This document shows, in pieces, positions 13,169-64,000 of a DNA stretch of 64,000 bases. This stretch comes from Tubiluchus corallicola (taxonomy: Eukaryota > Animalia > Priapulida), in contig JAQGDQ010000388.1 of the NCBI GenBank assembly GCA_030141605.1, positions 157,075 through 221,074 of the forward strand, in the 5' to 3' direction. Both the position numbers and the translations under genes were made by a program. Below the pieces are notes generated by a model. That model saw only the letters and a list, made by a program, of their open reading frames with translations, searched no databases and was not told the DNA's origin. Numbering within the stretch: the stretch's first letter is position 1; every line of letters starts with the position of its first letter.

Positions 13169-14065
13169 ATTTATACTTGTACCATAGATTCAATATTTCA
13201 AATTGAAAAGAAAATTGTAAAATTTTTTGTAAATTTTTTCCCACCTTGTACAAGTTTAATTTTATGTAATTAAATTTTCGAGCCACCCTGTACTATGATA
13301 ATTAAAGTCGCACATTTGTTTATATATCGAGTTTGTGGACCACCCTGTACAAATCTATTACTGATAAAATGTGATCACCCTGTAAAGTTTCTTAGCAGGC
13401 AAATGTGGGCCACCCTGATCAAATTTATTACATTTAAAATGTGACCAACCTGTAAACGTTTTAGCAGGTGAATTGCGAACCAACTGTACTAGTTTACACT
13501 TGATTTGTGTTCAGGGTAATTTGCTTTAAGCAGCTGTGTAAAGCTCTACATAAACCAAAACATTTTAAATTATTATTGCACACGGTTATCAGTCTATACA
13601 AGAGCTCGGTTATTTCTCAGCAAACTGTAAAGTCAAGGTTAACGGCTGTGAAATTATTCTGAGAATTCTATCCCACAGCGCATAGCATATAACGTACAAC
13701 GCTGTTGAATAAAGAGCTTCCGTTAGTTGGAAAAATTTTCCACTCTTGAGTTTAAACTGTATACAGGTATTGGCAACTACCAGAAAATCAATGCTAATAT
13801 TAACGTGAAAACACCCCTATAAAAATATTACAGCTCAATCTAGCTGTTGAATTACCGTGCGCTCTTCATGTCTTCGAAAATGGGTCAACGCAGGTACAAG
13901 TCTGCTTATGAACGACCACACAATTTAAATAAACTGGCTTCTTTACACCAAACAGAAAGTATCACATTAGGGGAAATAATTATCTGATGAAAATATAACA
14001 AATTAGCAACATGAAGTGTTTACACTAAACACCTAAAAAAACTAGTGAGCAGATTTCTCCTAAAA

Positions 14066-14076
14066 CGCTGCCACCA
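14066..14076 (-). promoter_or_regulatory. Primer-binding site, probably tRNA-Leu
   Basis: TGGTGGCAGCG, 1 nt after the 5' LTR, complementary to a ...CGCTGCCA-CCA tRNA 3' end (tRNA-Leu assignment from memory). Confidence 0.8.
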
Positions 14077-14077
14077 T

Positions 14078-15016
14078 TGTAACGTGCCGAGGGTTATTTG
14101 GTTTAAAACAAAATAACTACTGCCACTATTGTAACGTTTTGTAACCTATAACGCTATTACATTCCTAATTTTTATATAACGATCAGGAAAATATACCACA
14201 TGTATTTTCACGGGTTCGTCTGCTGTTTTTTTAAGGCTGTTTAGTTAAAAACAAAACAAGATGAAACATAAATTTTAAAGCTATAATTATTACAAAAGAA
14301 GAGTACAACAACAAGTCAACAATAAGAGCTCAAAATTACTATTAGTGGCTTGCTGTGAAAGCCCCCAAGGAAAGAAGAGGATAGGAAAAATGAATGCGCA
14401 TAACTTATCTGAATGTTCATGACGACGTTGTGCACAACTTGACGATCGTCCCACAATGACAACGCCGACGCCGGCAACATGACAATCCTCCATGAGCCAT
14501 AACAATGCAGATGACGATAGCTAATCCACAGCATCCAGCAACCCTCTTGTAGTCTACAACACGAACGTACCAACAGCTGACTGGAATGGAATAACATCAC
14601 ACTTCTGTGGCTTGACCAGCTCTTCAAACCATGCAACAGCAACAAGACTGAGAAAGACAGGCTATACAACAGGAACACTGTCCTTTTGGCCAAAACAACA
14701 CAGCTCAGCTCTCCATGGTAAAGAAGTTACACCACAGATCGTGTACCAGCCTTTCCAGACGAATACGTTAACTACAGGTATACTGGAACATGCCCACTGG
14801 TCAGATCAACAACTAACGTCTGTACCAGTGAAAAGTATCCACTCAACTGTCCAGAACAGGTATTGCTTTTTCTGCATAAGCAAACGAAGCACTCCAACAG
14901 GTAAGTACAAACCATTTTAAGTGACAGGGGTGAGGAGATGATGAAATGAAAGAACACATACAGCAGTGCAAGCCAAGCAAGCCATTTACTATCAAAATTA
15001 GCAACACGCACCTCAC
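14078..15016 (-). repeat. 5' LTR (outer terminal base missing)
   Basis: Direct repeat of 7629-8569. It ends cacctcac|ttttctg rather than cacctcaca and is fused to a truncated MITE. Confidence 0.92.
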
Positions 15017-15391
15017 TTTTCTGTCTAGAACCTAGTACTGCAATTGTAAGAAACTTTATATTGAAACTCCAATAGTAGCCGTGGAAGCTGTCATTTTGCT
15101 TCCAGTTTTTTCTGTTGCCAACCCCAGACCTTCGTCGAGGAGAGCCACCTACTGGATTTAAACGCAACTTCAGCACGTTCTTGTAAAGTCCATAGCAACC
15201 AACATTTGTACGGTTGCTAAGTGTTTTGTAGAAACGCGACAAAAAACAATGGCTGACTTTAACAAGTGATTTTCTCAAGATTAGGTTTTTCAGTGCAAAG
15301 CCTGCACCTCAACAAATGGAGATTCACGCTGTGTGAATAACCAGAAAAGCTTAATTGCAGGCTTATGGACGATTTTGCTATGCAAGCACAC
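15017..15391. mobile_element. Truncated copy of the abundant ~650-bp MITE (family A)
   Basis: Retains one TIR (acttatggacg...ttgctatgcaagcacac) and internal sequence shared with the full copies; the other half is replaced by the LTR. Confidence 0.8.
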
Positions 15392-15474
15392 ATATTTGAG
15401 TAAATGGTTCAGTACCATAACAAACTATCACGTTTAGATAACACAAAAGCTAGACTAAGCAACACCAGACATAC

Positions 15475-58246
<42,772 letters not shown>

Positions 58247-58359
58247 CTATAAAGAAGTGAAAAACAAGTTAACGATGAGTAAGAAACGTGAAGCAGATCT
58301 GCCGTGTGTCAAAACTTAATGAGTCGTCTTCATGTCATAAACGGAAAAAACAGTTTAGT

Positions 58360-58751
58360 GATTCAACCCACTGAGACGACCCATTATGTATCTGTTCAAC
58401 CCACTGAGACGACCCATTATGTAACTGTTCAACCCACTGAGATGACCCATTATGTATCTGTTCAACCCACTGAGACGACCCATTATGTAACTGTTCAACC
58501 CACTGAGATGACCCATTATGTAACTGTTCAACCCACTGAGACGACCCATTATGTAACTGTTCAACCCACTGAGATGACCCATTATGTAACTGTTCAAACT
58601 ACTGAGATGACCCATTATGTAACTGTTCAAACTACTGAGATGACCCATTATGTAACTGTTCAAACTACTGAGATGACCCATTATGTAACTGTTCAAACTA
58701 CTGAGATGACCCATTATGTAACTGTTCAAACTACTGAGATGACCCATTATG
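58360..58751 (+). repeat. 30-bp minisatellite
   Basis: Unit gttcaacccactgagacgacccattatgta(a/t)ct. Confidence 0.95.
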
Positions 58752-59582
58752 CACATATCGTATTCGCTTTGAAAGGAATTTCCGTTTGTTTTCATTTTAA
58801 ATCTCCCGCAATACTGTTCCGACGGCGCCATTACATGATGTCACTACGACACGTAAATCAGGGGAAGAAAAGGAAATGTTATATTATGACACAAAAAACG
58901 TTCCATGCAAATCTATATTACTTAGCGTTTCACTTACCTGCTGGAAAGACTTATGTAACCAGACTGATAAATTAAAATGTTTGTGCCAATTGGTAAAATG
59001 TCACTGACTCACCCTCCAGGGTGCGCCACTCACTAGCCAAAAACGCATTTTAAATCTTATTGACAAGAAACAGTAATTTAAAATTTTACTTAATTAGCAA
59101 CATGTATGCTACGAATGCTCTAATTATTTTTTCACACTTTACAAAATGTTATCAAAACTTGTTTCAAACGACCTATTATTAAAATGGCTGCGCCTAAGGG
59201 TCATCCTGGGAGTTTAAATTTACACGTTTTATACAGCGTTACGGCTGATGCAGGCCATGCATACGATAAGAAGTATGTAAGTGGTATAAAATTTTAAGAT
59301 GAATTTTTTAAGGTTTATATAAGTGGAGGGTTTTCGTGTGCTTTAAATTAAGCACAAGATTTGTTACACTTGCACCCAAGTGATGTGAATTTTCTATCCT
59401 GTTTGTAGAAAAGTATCAACAAAAGTTTATTCTAATTTATTTCAACAGCTTCAAGTCTCTATTTTGTTTCCATTTGAGATGTTGCGTCTGAAAATTTGCT
59501 GTTTTTGTGATGCTAATTGATTGTTAAGCATCTTTTGCGACTCGTATTGTTATTTTGGTTATTTTTAGCTGATGTTTTTCAG

Positions 59583-62500
59583 GCACTGTGAGTTCTTACG
59601 AACTAGACTGTACTGACAACAGTGGCGACACCTTTCAGCAAACGTTCGAGGTAGGAGACGAAGCTGTCACGAAACACAATGAGGCAACAGATTCAATTTG
59701 TGTCTTTCTCGATGGATTGGTACGTCACTGGGTCACTTAGTGCATCACATTTTTTTATTAATCCAGTATGGGTTCCAACATTGACAATTTTTCCATTCTC
59801 TTATAAAGGACAAGAAAAGGGGCTCCTGAAGTACATTTCAGAAAAATCGCCATAAAAAATTATATTACTTTATAGCAATTTTAAGCATATATCGTATTAA
59901 CGTTGAAAGGATTTTTTGTTTGTTTACATTTTAACTCTCCTGCAATACTGTTCCAACTGCGCCATTACATGACGTCACCTACACAAACAGAAATCGTGGA
60001 AAAAATCTTAAATTATGTTCCAAAAGACTTTCCATGCAAATCTATATTAATTTGCATTACTCTGATCTAGACTACGGCCAAATAATGTTGAAAACACCGG
60101 TTCTCGCCTGATCACCAAAGTTAAGCAATATAGAGCCTGGTTAGTACTTGGATGGGTGACCGCCTAGGAATACCAGGTGCTGTAGGCTTGCGGGATGGCC
60201 ACACTATATCTCGACACTAGGCGGAGGAGTTGCACAAGAGCCAACGGCTAGAGGGCGGAAGCGGTCAAGTGGAGGGGTTTTTGTGTTTTAAACAATAGCT
60301 GGTAAGCCATTGTACACGTGGATGCCGTTAAATTTTTCTAGGTTGGAGAAATTCAATGCCAGCTTATCGTGTCTAATCCGCTGCAAAACATTGTGATTGA
60401 TCCAGCCTGGAGCGAGCACGTCCAGCTCATATTCCACGTAAAGCAAGCTGCTGGAAGTTGTCACATTGTCGACGATGGAGCCGTCGTAAATGACGGTAGG
60501 AATTCTTATTCTTTATGAAAACCAATGTAAAAATTGGTCCTAGAAATGCGTTAACCAAAAAGGCTATGCTAAGTGCGAGCACATGTCTTTAGGTTGTACT
60601 GAAGCATATCGCAAAGCAGCGGCCGACCAGCAAGTGGCACCTGGCAATTGTTAGTATATGTAGTTTGTACTAGAGAGAAAAGAATTATGTAATAAATGTG
60701 AAAAAGGAAAAGTAAGGTAGGTCAGTAAGAACAGGATAGCGCTAAAAAACAGTTTGGAGAAAGAAGGTCATGGGAGTAGGTTTACATATTATAGTTTTAG
60801 TTTTTTGAGAGGTGATTATATTCTCATTTTTGCAGGAGTGTAATTATAATCATAAAATAGTTTGTATTAATGGAGAGAAATTTTGTATACGTATAGTTAT
60901 AATATTTTTCAAGGAATATGTTATGAAAGGAGTAAGGAAGACAAAAAACAAATACAAATACAGGTTTTTGGAGTCATCAGGAGGAACTTGGGAGTCGAGT
61001 TTCGGCTGCTTATTATTGGTCACTTCCTTATTATTGTCACTGCCAGCGGACACCGCTGTAGCCATAAAAACCACCACTGTCATTATATCGTTATATACAT
61101 ACTAATTTATTTAATAAGACTTTTTTAAGAGTTAAAGTTTCACAGAAACATGTGACACAACTGTCATTATATCGTTATGAACATTCCTAATTTATTTAAT
61201 AAGCTTTTTAAGGGTAAGACTTTCACAGAAACATGTGACTACAGTTTATCGTCCTTTAATTAGATCGATACTGGAACGCACCAACTCGGCATTAAGTTTC
61301 AAATTTGAAGTTTCCACTGTGCTTAATAAGTTCACTCAATGCATATTCACTCAAATATGTGTGCTACATCACAACTGAACCACATCAGAACTGAGAGGTA
61401 CAGGACCTGTGTTTGTACAATTTTCGTCATCTCCAAGTTGCAGGTGCTAATGCCCATGTCCATCCTGCATGTCCATGACACAGTCCAGGGATTACACCAT
61501 AAGTAACTCAACACTTATTGTTATGGTGGTCCAGATTGTTATTACCCGCATGTTACTTTGATAAACTCGCGTGATTGATCGAAAAACCAGCGGTAACGTT
61601 TTGTAAGTCTTTGGTGCGACTCGGTCGGGAGTTGAACCTATGACCGCCTGGGTGGGAAGCCAGCACACTACTATCGTGCTATACCAAACCAACTTATCTA
61701 AATGTTCAGATGAAGTTTGTCAAAGGTTTCTCTGGTCAATCTGAGAACAAGATAACAGACTTTGCTATTTGTTGTCTAAACATGACCCTCGTGAATCCGG
61801 CAGTGGTTAGCAACTGATGAACGCTTTTGTATTACAGGTGAACCAAAGTCAATAGGATTCGCGTGTGATGAGTACGGTTCTGGAAGCTGCGCTTGCTATG
61901 ATTGGGGTGACAGGTACCAGGAGTGCTATGGTTTAAAAGAAGACTGCCTTCAGAATCTTTTTGCTCAGCCAACAGGTGGATTGTCAAGTAAACGGAAGAA
62001 AAGAGAGACGGCTAGTACGTGTTTTATTTTTTTAAGTTGTTGTGAAATTGTTTTTATTCTGTCGTCTAAGTTCAAGTTGAAGCTAAAGTTCAAGTTCAAG
62101 TTTACGTTTTAGTTCAACTGCAAGTGCAAGTTCATGTTTAGGTTCATGTTCAAGTTTATGTTTATGTCCATGTTCATGTTCGAGTTCGAGTTCATGCTCA
62201 AGTTCATCTTCAAGTTCATCTTCGAGTTCATCTTCAAATTCAAGTTTAAGTTCATGTTCTTACATTCAGGTTCATGTTCATGTTCTTCAGTTCAAGTTCA
62301 TGTTGATAAGTTCAAGTTTAAATTCATGTTCTTCAGTTCAAGTTTAAGTTCATGTTCTTCAGTTCAAGTTCAAGTTCATGTTTTTAAGTTCAAGTTTAAG
62401 TTCATTACCTTATAATCTCCACTGTCTATAAGGTAATATTCTAGTGGGCTGTACATTGCGCGATAATAAAAGCCGGCAATTTATAAAAACTGACTGTTGC

Positions 62501-62787
62501 TACAAAACATTAAATCAAAAAGGTTTGAAATTTTATCAAACAGTTACAAGTAAAACTGAGAAATGTTTAAATTTATGTAAGTTATAAGTTAGAGATTTTC
62601 CATTTTTTCCACAGTGTTTAATGATCCGGTTTTGCACGACACTCCACTCAATGGTACCCTTGATTCAGCGCACATTTATACCGATCCGGGAAAGTACGAC
62701 GTAAAGCTGTGCCTGTGGAACTCTGTTTCATCCGTGTGCAAAACTCAATCCGTGGTCACTGGTGTATCTGACTGCAACCTTCCTCAA
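59583..62787 (+). CDS. Four polycystin-like ectodomain exons (PKD domain to REJ start): 59583-59719, 60342-60495, 61838-62014, 62615-62787
   Basis: GT-AG, phases 0/1/1, no stops: ...VSNPLQ...|GEPKSIGFACDEYGSGSCACYDWGDRYQEC...KRKKRETA|MFNDP...AHIYTDPGKYDVKLCLWNSVSS...DCNLPQ. WGD and H.Y..PG.Y.V....N.VS are PKD-domain motifs. Confidence 0.85.
60070..60271 (+). mobile_element. 5S rRNA-derived SINE, 3'-truncated copy
   Basis: 5S-like head at 60070-60189, plus ~80 bp of the same body as 40045-40464. Confidence 0.85.
61500..61690 (-). mobile_element. Degenerate tRNA-derived SINE (second family)
   Basis: B-box GGTTCAACTCCC followed by CCGAGTCGCACCAAAGACTTACAAAA, similar to the central domain of the other SINE. 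Confidence 0.55.
62068..62405. repeat. Degenerate hexamer repeat (ttcaag/ttcatg)n
   Basis: Directly visible. Confidence 0.9.
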
Positions 62788-62904
62788 GTGAGTACCTCCA
62801 TTAGGGCACGTTCAGACCGTCGCGAGGAGTTTTGTTCCTGACAACAGACTCGCAAATGTGAACTGCTTTTGACAAAGTTTTCAAGTTTCAAGCTGTTTGT
62901 ACTT

Positions 62905-64000
62905 CTGATAATAGGTCGTCTTAGTAGTTTGAACAGATACATAATGCATCGTCTCAGTGGGTTGAACAGTTACATAATGGGTCGTCTCAGTAGTTTGAAC
63001 AGATACATAAGGGGTCGTCTCAGTAGTTTGAACAGATATATAATGGGTCGTCTCAGTAGTTTGAACAGATACATAATAGGTCGTCTCAGTAGTTTGAACA
63101 GATACATAATAGGTCGTTTCATTGGGTTGAACAGATACATAATGGGTCGTTTCAGTGGGTTGAACAGATACATAATGGGTCGTTTCAGTGGGTTGAACAG
63201 ATACATAATGGGTCGTTTCAGTGGGTTGAACAGATACATAATGGGTCGTCCCAGTGGGTTGAACAGATACATAATGGGTCATCTCAGTAGTTTGAACAGA
63301 TACATAATGGGTCGTCTCAGTAGTTTGAACAGATACATAAGGGGTCGTCTCAGTAGTTTGAACAGATATATAATGGGTCGTCTCAGTAGTTTGAACAGAT
63401 ACATAATAGGTCGTCTCAGTAGTTTGAACAGATACATAATGGGTCGTCTCAGTAGTTTGAACAGATACATAATGGGTCGTCTCAGTAGTTTGAACAGATA
63501 CATAATGGGTCGTCTCAGTAGTTTGAACAGATACATAATGGGTCGCGTCAGTGGGTTGAACAGATACATAATGGGTCATCTCAGTAGTTTGAACAGTTAC
63601 ATAATGGGTCATCTCAGTAGTTTGAACAGTTACATAATGGGTCGTCTCAGTGGGTTGAACAGATACATAATGCATCGTCTCAGTGGGTTGAACAGTTACA
63701 TAATGGGTCGTCTCAGTAGTTTGAACAGATACATAATGGGTCGCGTCAGTGGGTTGAACAGATACATAATGGGTCATCTCAGTAGTTTGAACAGTTACAT
63801 AATGGGTCATCTCAGTGGGTTGAACAGTTACATAATGGGTCGTCTCAGTGGGTTGAACAGATACATAATGGGTCATCTCAGTGGGTTGAACAGTTACATA
63901 ATGGGTCGTCTCAGTGGGTTGAACAGATACATAATGGGTCGTCTCAGTGGGTTGAACAGATACATAATGGGTCATCTCAGTAGTTTGAACAGTTACATAA
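62905..64000 (-). repeat. 30-bp minisatellite, reverse complement of 58360-58751, runs off the window
   Basis: Unit tacataatgggtcgtctcagtgggttgaacag(a/t). Confidence 0.97.

Larger units (their letters stand above)
7629..15016 (-). mobile_element. Gmr1-like Ty3/gypsy LTR retrotransposon, RT-deleted (non-autonomous)
   Basis: Two ~940-bp direct LTRs, a PBS next to the right LTR and a PPT next to the left LTR. The internal order gag-PR-INT-(RT missing)-RNase H places integrase upstream of RT/RH, as in the Gmr1 clade. Confidence 0.93.

Noticed and set aside
60070-60189. Functional 5S rRNA gene (also 40465-40587)
   Set aside because: Multiple substitutions, no T-run terminator, dispersed copies, and fusion to a shared body indicate a SINE head.
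62881-63975. 364-aa Thr-rich mucin-like ORF (VQPTETTHY)
   Set aside because: A minisatellite whose other copy is intronic; it lies antisense to the adjacent exons and has no splice or signal evidence.

Overview
AT-rich, intron-rich animal (probably marine invertebrate) genomic DNA; the many short ORFs in the track are mostly repeat artefacts. Left to right: (1) the 5' six exons of TSR2 on the minus strand (1-6538). (2) A 7.4-kb Gmr1-type Ty3/gypsy LTR element on the minus strand (7629-15016). It has an intact 1206-aa Gag-protease-integrase ORF and an out-of-frame RNase H, but the reverse transcriptase domain is absent and there is no target-site duplication. (3) 26 phase-compatible, stop-free exons of a polycystin-1-like (REJ-GPS-TM1-PLAT) gene on the minus strand (15475-58246). 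The exons stop after PLAT, where the intron runs into the LTR. (4) Four more exons of the same kind of protein (PKD domain) on the opposite strand (59583-62787), between oppositely oriented copies of one 30-bp minisatellite, which points to an inversion or an assembly misjoin. Introns carry MITEs (hAT, Tc1/mariner-type), 5S-rRNA-derived and tRNA-derived SINEs, LINE fragments, several long minisatellites, and several local templated duplications near splice sites. All calls come from reading the sequence by eye; no database searches were run.
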